A DNA stretch of 64,000 nucleotides from Anaerovoracaceae bacterium (lineage in GTDB: Bacteria; Bacillota; Clostridia; Peptostreptococcales; Anaerovoracaceae): assembly GCA_031553035.1 (NCBI GenBank), contig JAVBLY010000008.1, positions 134,858 to 198,857 on the forward strand, in the 5' to 3' direction. This document shows, in pieces, positions 18,232-26,910 of this stretch. Numbering within the stretch: position 1 is the stretch's first letter; every line of letters starts with the position of its first letter. The translations under genes were made by a program, and so were the position numbers. The notes beneath the pieces were generated by a model. The model made no database searches, was not told the DNA's origin, and saw only the letters and a program-made list of their open reading frames with translations.

Positions 18232-18402
18232 GTGTTGAAAAAAATCAAATCAATTTTAAAAGCAAACGATGGCATGGAACTGGTGCAGGTAGCTGTGCTT
18301 GTGGCCATCGCAATAGTCGTGGGTCTCATTTTCAAGACCCAGATCATGGGTTTTGTTAACGATGTTTTCGATGCCTTGTCAGGTGCGGATTTTCCAAACT
18401 GA
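18232..18402 (+). CDS. Flp-family type IVb pilin (not in the ORF track)
   Basis: AGGAGGG at 18221-18227, then a GTG/TTG start at 18232/18235. Product (V)LKKIKSILKANDG/MELVQVAVLVAIAIVVGLIFKTQIMGFVNDVFDALSGADFPN has a short basic leader, Gly, Glu, then a hydrophobic helix. 56 codons to the TGA at 18400-18402. Confidence 0.7.
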   Translation: MLKKIKSILKANDGMELVQVAVLVAIAIVVGLIFKTQIMGFVNDVFDALSGADFPN

Positions 18403-18405
18403 CCG

Positions 18406-18828
18406 ATGAATATTTTAAAATGTAAAAGGGGAAGTGCAATGGTGGATGCGGCAATCGTAATGCCTCTGGTGATTCTTGCGGTCATGGCAATGATATATCT
18501 TCTCATCAATATATACAGTACGGTTTCGCTCCAGTCCCATATGCATCTACTGCTCAGGGAAGAAAGCGGACTGAAAAGCGGAATGGTGGAATATGAGATA
18601 CAGGACGATTATAAGCGGGACAAGATAAGAAGAAAGGCGGAGTCGGCCAGGATCGATATAAGAGAAAAGAGAGATGTTTTGTCAAAGTATCTAGAGGCAA
18701 ACAAGCTCTCTGAATATACGGCAAATATGTTAATAAAGAATTCGCCGGAGATAAAAAGTTACGGAAGAAGTTTTATCTATAACGAGTCGGATATAGTGAG
18801 GTTCAAAAGTATTGTTACCGGAAATTAA
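18406..18828 (+). CDS. TadE-like pseudopilin/pilus-assembly protein
   Basis: N-terminus KRGSAMVDAAIVMPLVILAVMAMIYLL is the TadE-type motif. 140 aa. Confidence 0.6.
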   Translation: MNILKCKRGSAMVDAAIVMPLVILAVMAMIYLLINIYSTVSLQSHMHLLLREESGLKSGMVEYEIQDDYKRDKIRRKAESARIDIREKRDVLSKYLEANKLSEYTANMLIKNSPEIKSYGRSFIYNESDIVRFKSIVTGN

Positions 18829-20068
18829 AAGAATACTATCAGAGAAAAAAGGGGCCGTCACAGTGCTTCTCATGTGTATAATGGGGTCATTCATTTTGAT
18901 CACGGGTATACTGGTGGCGGCTTCAGTTTCTGCTTCGGGAAAGAGCTATGCTGATGCAACGCTGCAGTTGGCCGGCAAATCAATTCTGTCCGAGTACGAT
19001 AGAAAGCTTTTAGATGAATATGGGCTTCTGTGTTTCAGAGGTGACGAGAAAGATATAACCAAAAAACTGAAATTTTACGGGTCAGGCAGTTTCGATAACA
19101 ACAGACTCGAATATACAGGTCTGGTATCGCAAAAGGATAGCGTGGATCTTCTGAAGCTTAACATGGAAAAAGTGGAAGCGACACTTAAAGAATATTCAAT
19201 GATCAATGTAGATCTCTATGAAGAACAGCTCAAAGAAGCATTAAAGACCAAGTTCCTTGACAATACAACGAGGTCCAAAGGCAATGAAGACAAAAACAGG
19301 ACACTTAGAAACGAAATCGTCATTGACAGCCTGCCGTCAGCTGGATATGAGGGAAGTATTTTTCCTGATCTGACCGATGCCTCCAACATACCTAACTGGG
19401 AGGAAATAACCAATACGGCAACTGACAAGTTCGCTAGGTGCGAATACGCAATGAAGATGTTCAAGCATGCCAATAATGGTGATTTGAACAAGGAGACGTT
19501 TTTTAATAACGAAATAGAATACATTTTGGAAGGAAAATTCGGTGATACGGAAAATTACAATGGGGTTAAGGCAAAGATACTTGCTGCGAGATTTGCCCTC
19601 AACTCCCTTTATCTTCTCTCTGACAGGGTGAAGATGGGAGAGATAACCGCACTGGCATCGTCAACAGGGCCGGCAACACCTGCTGCTGAAGCAGCGATCT
19701 TCATGGCCTGGGTAGGCGCAGAAACTGATAACGATATAGATCTTCTTGAAAGCGGCAAAAATGTAGCTATAGTCAAGACTCGTACAAACTGGGCACTAAA
19801 CGATATTGCAAAAATCATGGATGGACTTGCCTCATCAGAAAAAGCCGTTCAGCCTATAAATAAGAGGGGTCAGAGCTATGGAGACTACCTCAGGGTTTTA
19901 CTTTACCTCGAAGACAGGGAAGCAATGCTGCTTAGGATGATGGATCTGACTCAGATAAATATGAAAGGCAATTACTACAGAGATTTTCTCTTAAAAGAAC
20001 ATTATTGCGGATTCAGATTCAATACGACAATAAAAGGAGATACTTTCAATTATGTTCAGCAATATTAA
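18812..20068 (+). CDS. TadG-like / DUF5702-like pilus-associated protein
   Basis: N-terminus EKKGAVTVLLMCIMGSFILITGILVAAS (Tad-type anchor) plus a ~380-aa domain. Apparent TTG start. Family name is from memory. Confidence 0.45.
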   Translation: MLPEIKRILSEKKGAVTVLLMCIMGSFILITGILVAASVSASGKSYADATLQLAGKSILSEYDRKLLDEYGLLCFRGDEKDITKKLKFYGSGSFDNNRLEYTGLVSQKDSVDLLKLNMEKVEATLKEYSMINVDLYEEQLKEALKTKFLDNTTRSKGNEDKNRTLRNEIVIDSLPSAGYEGSIFPDLTDASNIPNWEEITNTATDKFARCEYAMKMFKHANNGDLNKETFFNNEIEYILEGKFGDTENYNGVKAKILAARFALNSLYLLSDRVKMGEITALASSTGPATPAAEAAIFMAWVGAETDNDIDLLESGKNVAIVKTRTNWALNDIAKIMDGLASSEKAVQPINKRGQSYGDYLRVLLYLEDREAMLLRMMDLTQINMKGNYYRDFLLKEHYCGFRFNTTIKGDTFNYVQQY

Positions 20069-20831
20069 GAAGGTACTCGTAAATAAAAAAGGATCGCTGG
20101 TTGTGGAAGCCGCAATATTCCTGCCTATATTCATAATCGGGATGATGACTCTCGGATACCTTGTAAAATTCAATGCGGTTCAGGAGAATGTCTTTCACGC
20201 GTTTGCAGATGAAACGGGGAGGGTGGCCGCAGAAGCCAGCCTGAATATAGCTGCACCTGTTTTTTATGAAAACGATGTTGAGAGCAGGATACAGGACGAG
20301 AATGGTAACGGGATAAAAAATACTGACATAAAAAGCTTCAGATATCGGGTTCCCACACTGACTAATGATAATATTGTTGCCGCATCCATAAACTACGATA
20401 TCGATATAAAGCTGCCCGCCAAATTTGTGGACAGTATTCCGGTTTCGGACAGCGTAGTATGCAGAGCTTTTGTCGGCGATGTCCAGAAGACGGCTCCAAT
20501 GCCCTTTTCCGAAATGGAAAAAAGCGTGAATTCAGATACAGTATGGGTTTTTCCCATGGCGGGATCGAGATACCACGGCGAATTATGCAGCTATATTAAG
20601 AATGACCCCAAAGAAAGAATGCTCAGTCGTGTGATCAGAAATGAGTACAGCCCCTGCAAAACCTGTCATCCCACGGATTTGAGCGACGGCAATCTGGTTT
20701 ATTGTTTCAGTACCGGAAAGGTATATCACAAGGGAGAGTGCCCTACGGTCACTAAGTACGTTACATCATTGGTAAAAAAAGAAGCGACAAACAGAGGCTA
20801 TTCAGCCTGCTCGCGATGCGGAGGTAAATAA
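20052..20831 (+). CDS. TadE-like protein with two C-terminal YH-x3-C-x22-C-x2-C modules
   Basis: N-terminus NKKGSLVVEAAIFLPIFIIGMMTLGYL. C-terminus has RYHGELC-x22-CKTC and VYHKGEC-x22-CSRC. Confidence 0.6.
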   Translation: MFSNIKKVLVNKKGSLVVEAAIFLPIFIIGMMTLGYLVKFNAVQENVFHAFADETGRVAAEASLNIAAPVFYENDVESRIQDENGNGIKNTDIKSFRYRVPTLTNDNIVAASINYDIDIKLPAKFVDSIPVSDSVVCRAFVGDVQKTAPMPFSEMEKSVNSDTVWVFPMAGSRYHGELCSYIKNDPKERMLSRVIRNEYSPCKTCHPTDLSDGNLVYCFSTGKVYHKGECPTVTKYVTSLVKKEATNRGYSACSRCGGK

Positions 20832-21418
20832 TGAATAACTATATCGAAATAGATGCTGACGATGCTATATTGGATTTTGAAAGGCAGATGCTTGCAGAAG
20901 TCAATATACCGTCATTGCTGCCGGTGAATATCATAAATCAGAATGAAAAAAATTCAGTATGTTTTATCACTACCGGATATAAACCTATTACACAAACAGA
21001 CATCCCGGACATAGAATTCCTTTGTCACATGGTTAAATCATTTGTGAAATCTATAATTGATTCTGAAAAGTATTTACTCATGGGCGGAAAGCACTTTCTG
21101 GATACAGATATGGTTTATTATGACTCTGATACCAAAGAAACCAAATTGATCTTTGGCAGGGTCAATGAAAATAACTATCACTACGGAGATATAAATGCCG
21201 TTATAGAATTTCTTCAGAATCTCAAAAAAAGTATTGAGGACAGAGTTTATTTACAGATTCTTGAGCAGATAATAATAACAATAAAAGTGAGGAACCCGGA
21301 TATGAAAAGGATAACGATATTAATAGAAGAAATCGAACGAAAATGGTATTGCAAAAATCTGATTCAGGAGTTTCCTTTCTCAAAGAATATAGACAAACAA
21401 ACCAGCGGACTCAATTGA
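20831..21418 (+). CDS. hypothetical protein, last gene of the Tad cluster
   Basis: ATG overlaps the previous stop (TAATG). 195 aa, soluble, no motif I can name with confidence. Confidence 0.45.
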   Translation: MNNYIEIDADDAILDFERQMLAEVNIPSLLPVNIINQNEKNSVCFITTGYKPITQTDIPDIEFLCHMVKSFVKSIIDSEKYLLMGGKHFLDTDMVYYDSDTKETKLIFGRVNENNYHYGDINAVIEFLQNLKKSIEDRVYLQILEQIIITIKVRNPDMKRITILIEEIERKWYCKNLIQEFPFSKNIDKQTSGLN

Positions 21419-22030
21419 TTACAGCTTCCTGAGAAGATCGTCCGTGGTGAGCCCGCGCTTTTCGGCGGCTTTAGTCCAGTTTTGGTTGGCATTATTAAGA
21501 TAGTCCGATACAGGAATACCGGGTTTTAGATAAAGATCATTTGATGATTTCTGATTATTATTAATAGCCCATGCCAGAGAATCAAGTCCAGTTCCCAGAT
21601 CCTTCATCGGACCTTCGCCCGGCGGAGAAACAGTAGCCATTGGACCGGCTCCGAGACACATGGCTCCACCAAATATCAAGCCTGCATTTTCACACCAGTG
21701 CTGTATGATCCTTACTGCGAACCTGTCATTGCTCGGTTCATAGAATGCGTTGTTGATCATCGTATAAACTTTGGCTTCGCGATTAGATTCGGCGATTACG
21801 GATTCTGATTTTTCAAGAGCATCCAGCAAATTAGAAGGAACACTGTCAATATACAAAGGAAATGCCAGTACTAACACATCACATAAAGCAGGTGGTGTAT
21901 CAACCAGGTCTTTCCAGTCCATTTTTATTATTTCAGCGCTCTTATCAAGCCTTTTATGAAGCTGATCAAGAAGATATCCGGAAGTGCTTCTTTTTTCTTT
22001 AATACTGCCGTTTATCAGACAAATCTTCAT
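21419..22030 (-). CDS. flavodoxin-like / NAD(P)H-dependent oxidoreductase family protein
   Basis: MKICLINGSIKEKRSTSGYLL...VLAFPLYIDSVPS is the flavodoxin-fold pattern. 203 aa. Confidence 0.6.
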   Translation of the reverse strand: MKICLINGSIKEKRSTSGYLLDQLHKRLDKSAEIIKMDWKDLVDTPPALCDVLVLAFPLYIDSVPSNLLDALEKSESVIAESNREAKVYTMINNAFYEPSNDRFAVRIIQHWCENAGLIFGGAMCLGAGPMATVSPPGEGPMKDLGTGLDSLAWAINNNQKSSNDLYLKPGIPVSDYLNNANQNWTKAAEKRGLTTDDLLRKL

Positions 22031-22539
22031 TTCAATGCCTCCATCAAGTCATTCGGATCATTAAAGAAGCAGCATGTTTGATCAACAGCAGTGTAATTTC
22101 TTGCGTTTGCCCTGGCAATGCCTCTCATTGTTTTCATCTCGTTGCCCGGCATTGAATCAACATCAAAATCATAAATATAATAATGAAGTCCTAAATCCTT
22201 GTCATATCTTGGGGGATGGTGCATGGCACCATCCATTATGTCGAAATATGGGAGTATGAAACCTAATGATCTGTCCATAACAGCTTTGATTTCAGTAGAA
22301 AGGCCGCCGTAAAGAAGTTTGCTCACGATATGTAGTTCGTCTGCTTTTGCCATAAGCGTATTATAATCCTGTACTCTGTCCTCAATAACACACATTCCCG
22401 GTGTCTTAAGCCAGCAGCCGAAACAGCTGGTACACGGCTTAACCTTCGGTAAAGCAGAGAATATCCGGATATTCATATCAGCGGAAGAAAGCAACGCCGT
22501 TTCATATTCGTTTTTAAGATCATGCAGTATAAGTTTCAT
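22027..22539 (-). CDS. flavodoxin-family protein with a Cys cluster
   Basis: CTSCFGCWLKTPGMCVIED is typical of iron-sulfur-flavoprotein-like flavodoxins. Overlaps the downstream gene by 4 nt. Confidence 0.6.
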   Translation of the reverse strand: MKLILHDLKNEYETALLSSADMNIRIFSALPKVKPCTSCFGCWLKTPGMCVIEDRVQDYNTLMAKADELHIVSKLLYGGLSTEIKAVMDRSLGFILPYFDIMDGAMHHPPRYDKDLGLHYYIYDFDVDSMPGNEMKTMRGIARANARNYTAVDQTCCFFNDPNDLMEALK

Positions 22540-22589
22540 ATATAGATACTACCATATTGACAATTTTTTTTCATCGGTCAGCAGGCATT

Positions 22590-22627
22590 AAAAAAAGCTG
22601 TCTCAATTATTTTTACTTTGAGACAGC
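22590..22627 (-). terminator. intrinsic terminator of the acetate-transporter gene
   Basis: GCTGTCTCAA / TTGAGACAGC stem. The A7 run at 22590-22596 is the U-tract on the minus strand. Confidence 0.8.
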
Positions 22628-22653
22628 CTTTATAGGATCTATATATTTTATGA

Positions 22654-23259
22654 TTACAGATTGCCGAATGCTTTCCCCAGTGGAATAACCGGCTTGCCTG
22701 CCATGTTATTTACTATGTTGGCTCCTGCACCCCAGAATGAAAGAATCGAAATGATCAGTTCTGAAATTGCTGCGACCCAATGGAATGCATGACCGACTCC
22801 GTTTTCACCTGCAAAAGTGCTTACTGCAAGACCTACGAAGAGCAGTACGATGAAGAAAAAGTCCCAGAAAAGAACTTTATTTGTCTTCGTTGCACCGACA
22901 GTAAAGAATATCGAAATAACCATGTAACCAACAAACGCAAATGCCATTTGTTTTGTATCTATATTTGTCTGGAGGATCTCACCGAATACGCCCATGTTCA
23001 TCATCCATGAAAACGCCATTCCGAACCAGAACAGTCCGTAAGCGCAGAACGCAGTTCCGCCGAATGAATTTCCTTTTTTAAAATCAAGTATGCCCGCAAT
23101 TACCTGAGCGCATGCTCCCAGAAATATTACCCATGGGAGTAGGTAGGAGAAACCGTCGGTGATGCCCAGCTTCAAACTTGAAGCAACGAGTGTGACCATT
23201 GCCAGCCCGAACAATCCTAGTGCTGTCGGGTCGGCATGAGTTTGTTTTCCGTCTGCCAT
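22654..23259 (-). CDS. GPR1/FUN34/YaaH-family acetate (succinate-acetate) channel
   Basis: N-terminus ADPTALGLFGLAMVT (NPAPLGL-type motif) and six hydrophobic helices. 201 aa. Confidence 0.8.
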   Translation of the reverse strand: MADGKQTHADPTALGLFGLAMVTLVASSLKLGITDGFSYLLPWVIFLGACAQVIAGILDFKKGNSFGGTAFCAYGLFWFGMAFSWMMNMGVFGEILQTNIDTKQMAFAFVGYMVISIFFTVGATKTNKVLFWDFFFIVLLFVGLAVSTFAGENGVGHAFHWVAAISELIISILSFWGAGANIVNNMAGKPVIPLGKAFGNL

Positions 23260-23531
23260 TTTTTCTTTTCCTCACTTTCAACAATAAATCATAATAAATA
23301 AAATGCGATAAAAAATCCACAACTTTTCCTATAATAACAGATTAATCTTGCATTATCAATCATTTTATTGTAAGATATAACCTGCGTTTCGGACATGTTC
23401 GAGGTGCATAAAAGTTAATAACATTACGCACACCAACAGGCTTATGAGTCGGTGCTGCCAGAGGCCTCATAACGCCCGGCGGAAACTCATGACGATACCT
23501 GTCGGTGGAAGAGAAACCAGGAGGAAAAGTT

Positions 23532-24392
23532 ATGTCAGTTATTTCGATGAAACAATTACTAGAAGCAGGAGTTCACTTTGGACATCAGACCAGGCGATGG
23601 AATCCGAAGATGGCTCCTTATATTTTTACAGAGAGAAACGGGATCTATATAATAGACCTGCAGCAGACTGTAAAATTGATCGACGATGCATACAACTTCT
23701 TAAAGGAAGTTGCTGTGAGCGGAAAACCAATACTTTTCGTAGGTACAAAGAAACAGGCCAAGGCTGCCATCAAAGACGAAGCCAAGAGATGCGAAATGTA
23801 CTATGTCAACGAAAGATGGCTGGGCGGTATGCTTACAAACTATAAGACCATTTCTAAGAGAATCAACAGACTATATGAAATCGAAAAGATGGAAGAGGAC
23901 GGAGTTTTTGATCAGCTGACCAAAAAAGAAGTTCTTAATTTAAGACGTGAACACGAAAGACTTGATAAGTTCCTCGGCGGTGTCAAGGAAATGAAGGGCA
24001 TGCCCGGAGCAATGTTCATCGTCGATCCAAAGAAAGAGAAGATCGCGATCAAGGAAGCAAGGATTCTTGGGATCCCCGTTATAGGCATCCTGGATACAAA
24101 CTGCGATCCTGATGATGTTGATTACATAATCCCCGGAAATGACGACGCTATCAGAGCCATCAAGCTGATCGCTGCTGCAATGTCGGATGCAGTTCTTGAA
24201 GCAAAACAAGGCGAAAGTTTTGATGAAGGCGAAGAGACTGAAGCAGAAGCCGAAGAAAACACAGAAGATGTGACCGAAGAAAGCACAGAAGATGTGGCCG
24301 AAGAAGCAAAAGAAGAACTTGAATCTGACAATGCCGTAGAGGCAACTGAAGATAAAGCAGAAGAAACCGAGTCTGAGGCAAAAACAGAATAA
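23532..24392 (+). CDS. rpsB: 30S ribosomal protein S2 with an acidic C-terminal extension
   Basis: [36 protein letters not shown]. Confidence 0.95.
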   Translation: MSVISMKQLLEAGVHFGHQTRRWNPKMAPYIFTERNGIYIIDLQQTVKLIDDAYNFLKEVAVSGKPILFVGTKKQAKAAIKDEAKRCEMYYVNERWLGGMLTNYKTISKRINRLYEIEKMEEDGVFDQLTKKEVLNLRREHERLDKFLGGVKEMKGMPGAMFIVDPKKEKIAIKEARILGIPVIGILDTNCDPDDVDYIIPGNDDAIRAIKLIAAAMSDAVLEAKQGESFDEGEETEAEAEENTEDVTEESTEDVAEEAKEELESDNAVEATEDKAEETESEAKTE

Positions 24393-24424
24393 TCATATAT
24401 AGAATAGATTGGAGTGAATAAAAA

Positions 24425-25342
24425 ATGGCGAACGTAACAGCCGCAATGGTAAAAGAATTAAGAGAAAGAACAGGAGCAGGAATGCTCGATTGTAAAAATG
24501 TTTTGGTTGATGTTGACGGTGACATCGATAAGGCTATAGAAACACTGAGAGAAAAGGGACTTGCAAAGGCAGCAAAGAAATCAGGAAGAGTTGCTTCCGA
24601 AGGCCTGGTAAGAGTTAAGTTTTCTCCCGACAGCACTAAAGCAGGCATGGTCGAAATCAATTCAGAGACAGACTTCGTTGCAAAGAACGATGATTTCATC
24701 AATTTTGTAGATGCAGTTTCATGCATGACAGTTGATACTGATACAACTTCAATAGAAGATTTCTTAAACAAGAAGTACGATGATGAAAAGACTATACAGC
24801 AGCAGTTGACAGACATGATCGCTACTATCGGAGAAAACATGGCCGTCAGAAGATTCGTGAGCTTCAATTCTCCCGGAGTAAAGTATGTGGGATATCTACA
24901 CGGTGAAGGCACAATCGGCGTTATCGTCGGGTTTAAGACAGAAGCAAGTATCGAAGAAATCACACCGGTAGGCAAGGACATCGCAATGCAGATCGCATCC
25001 ATGAATCCGCTGTTTATAGATGAGAGTCAGGTAGACCCGCAGTATATTGAAAACGAAAGAAATATACTTGTCAGGCAGGCGATCAATGAAGGAAAGCCTG
25101 CTGAGATCGTTGAAAAGATGGTCAATGGAAGGCTCAAAAAAGAACTTAAAGAAACATGTCTTCTGGAACAGAAATTTGTCAAGAACGGCGAGATCAGCGT
25201 GGCAAATCACCTGAAGGATGCCGAGAAGGCCATCGGAAAGCCTCTTGAAGTCGTTGAAATGGCAAGATTTGAGGTCGGCGAAGGCATCGAGAAAAAGGAA
25301 GAGAATTTTGCCGAAGAAGTTGCAAAACAAATGGGCAACTAA
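24425..25342 (+). CDS. tsf: elongation factor Ts
   Basis: VTAAMVKELRERTGAGMLDCKNVL. Follows rpsB. Confidence 0.95.
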   Translation: MANVTAAMVKELRERTGAGMLDCKNVLVDVDGDIDKAIETLREKGLAKAAKKSGRVASEGLVRVKFSPDSTKAGMVEINSETDFVAKNDDFINFVDAVSCMTVDTDTTSIEDFLNKKYDDEKTIQQQLTDMIATIGENMAVRRFVSFNSPGVKYVGYLHGEGTIGVIVGFKTEASIEEITPVGKDIAMQIASMNPLFIDESQVDPQYIENERNILVRQAINEGKPAEIVEKMVNGRLKKELKETCLLEQKFVKNGEISVANHLKDAEKAIGKPLEVVEMARFEVGEGIEKKEENFAEEVAKQMGN

Positions 25343-25363
25343 TAAATATTATGCTATAATAAT

Positions 25364-25387
25364 GGGGACACGAAAGTGTCCCTTTTA
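25364..25387 (+). terminator. intrinsic terminator after tsf
   Basis: GGGACAC gaaa GTGTCCC followed by TTTT. Confidence 0.7.
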
Positions 25388-25411
25388 TAATGCGATTCAG
25401 AGGAGAATTCT

Positions 25412-26122
25412 ATGGAAAAAAAACCTAAGTACAAGCGTATTATTCTTAAAATCAGCGGCGAAGCATTGGCGGGGGAAAGTAAATTCGGGCTGAATGATTC
25501 GATGCTGGGACAGGTAGCAGAGGAAATAAAAAATATCAGTGAACTTGGCGTTCAGGTTGCTGTCGTAGTAGGCGGAGGCAATTTCTGGCGAGGCAGGACC
25601 AGTGAAAGCATGGACAGGGCCACTGCCGACTATATGGGAATGCTTGCCACGGTCATAAATTCAATGGCACTGCAGGATGCAATAGAAGAACGCGGTGTGG
25701 AAACCAGAGTCCAGACGGCAATAGAAATGAAAGAGATTGCAGAACCATATATAAGGCGTAAAGCGGTCTCTCATCTTGAGAAAGGCATAGTAGTAATATT
25801 TGCGGCAGGTACGGGGAATCCGTTCTTTTCAACAGATACGACTGCGGCACTGAGGGCCGCCGAGATGGAAGCAGATGTGATTTTGCTGGCAAAGAAAGTT
25901 GATGCGGTATACTCGGATGATCCGGAGATAAATCCGGATGCGGTGAGATACACGAATTTGACACATCAGGACGTACTGGAAAAAGACTTAAAGGTAATGG
26001 ACTCGACGGCAGCATCGCTTTGCCGGGACAACAACATCCCAATCCACGTGTTCGCACTTGATGAACAGGGCAATGTTATAAAAGCTATTTACGGAGAAGA
26101 AATAGGCACGATCATAGTTTAA
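25412..26122 (+). CDS. pyrH: UMP kinase
   Basis: [24 protein letters not shown], and [11 protein letters not shown]. Confidence 0.95.
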   Translation: MEKKPKYKRIILKISGEALAGESKFGLNDSMLGQVAEEIKNISELGVQVAVVVGGGNFWRGRTSESMDRATADYMGMLATVINSMALQDAIEERGVETRVQTAIEMKEIAEPYIRRKAVSHLEKGIVVIFAAGTGNPFFSTDTTAALRAAEMEADVILLAKKVDAVYSDDPEINPDAVRYTNLTHQDVLEKDLKVMDSTAASLCRDNNIPIHVFALDEQGNVIKAIYGEEIGTIIV

Positions 26123-26135
26123 GGAGGAGATTGAT

Positions 26136-26693
26136 ATGACAGCAGATATCCAAGCAATTCTGGACGACAAAACTCACAAGAGTATTTCAATTTTAAAGGA
26201 AAATCTGAACACTGTAAGGGCGGGAAGAGCAAATCCGGCGCTTCTCGACAAAGTGGAAGTGGATTATTACGGTGCCCCTACACCCCTTAAGAACATAGCA
26301 AATGTTTCGGTACCTGATCCTAAATCCCTCATGATCGCCCCTTTCGATCCCAAGATCCTTCATGAAATCGAGAAAGCGATCAACGTGGCTGATATAGGGA
26401 TCAATCCTTCCAACGACGGTAAGGTCCTCAGGCTTCAGATACCTTCACTAACAGAAGAGAGAAGGGTCGAGCTTTCAAAGCTTGTTAAGAAGTTCGGCGA
26501 GGATGCAAAAATAGCCATCAGAAATGAGAGAAGAGAAGCCAACGAAAAGCTGAAGAAGCAGGAAAAAGCCGGAGACCTGACAGAAGATGACCTTAAAGAT
26601 GAACTTGACGAAGCGCAGAAAAAGACTGATGATGCCATCAAGGAAATCGACGAGGTCGTTGCCAATAAAGAAAAGGAAATAATGGAAGTATAA
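26136..26693 (+). CDS. frr: ribosome recycling factor
   Basis: LNTVRAGRANPALLD...LTEERRVELSK. 185 aa. Confidence 0.95.
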   Translation: MTADIQAILDDKTHKSISILKENLNTVRAGRANPALLDKVEVDYYGAPTPLKNIANVSVPDPKSLMIAPFDPKILHEIEKAINVADIGINPSNDGKVLRLQIPSLTEERRVELSKLVKKFGEDAKIAIRNERREANEKLKKQEKAGDLTEDDLKDELDEAQKKTDDAIKEIDEVVANKEKEIMEV

Positions 26694-26896
26694 TGCATTC
26701 TATTTCCGATCAAATACTGGGAATGGAGCTTAGCGAAGCAGAAGCACTTCTTCAGGATGAAGGGGTGACTTTTGTTATTAGCTATACTGAAGCCGACAGA
26801 AAAAAAGATATATTTGACAAAGGCGAAGGAATACATCGCATTATCAGAGTCACTGAGAAAGATGGGGTATATGAACTGATAGTATGCATCATTTAG
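26693..26896 (+). CDS. small hypothetical protein (67 aa)
   Basis: TAATG overlap with the frr stop. ILGMELSEAEALLQDEGVTFVISY is faintly PASTA-like. Confidence 0.4.
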   Translation: MHSISDQILGMELSEAEALLQDEGVTFVISYTEADRKKDIFDKGEGIHRIIRVTEKDGVYELIVCII

Positions 26897-26910
26897 CTAA
26901 TGAACTTGAT

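Noticed and set aside
21416-21421. Convergent genes (last Tad gene and a flavodoxin-like gene) with abutting stop codons and no terminator
   Set aside because: This is a consequence of compact gene packing. There is no repeat or junction signature that would indicate a mobile-element boundary.
23380-23531. ~145-nt leader upstream of rpsB, considered as a ribosomal-protein autoregulatory leader or riboswitch
   Set aside because: I could only find short local stems (for example TTATGAG/CTCATAA) and no recognisable consensus. It cannot be supported without covariation analysis.
24160-25002. 280-aa ORF on the minus strand
   Set aside because: It is entirely antisense to rpsB and tsf, whose identities are unambiguous. 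It has a serine/leucine-rich shadow-frame composition and no RBS.
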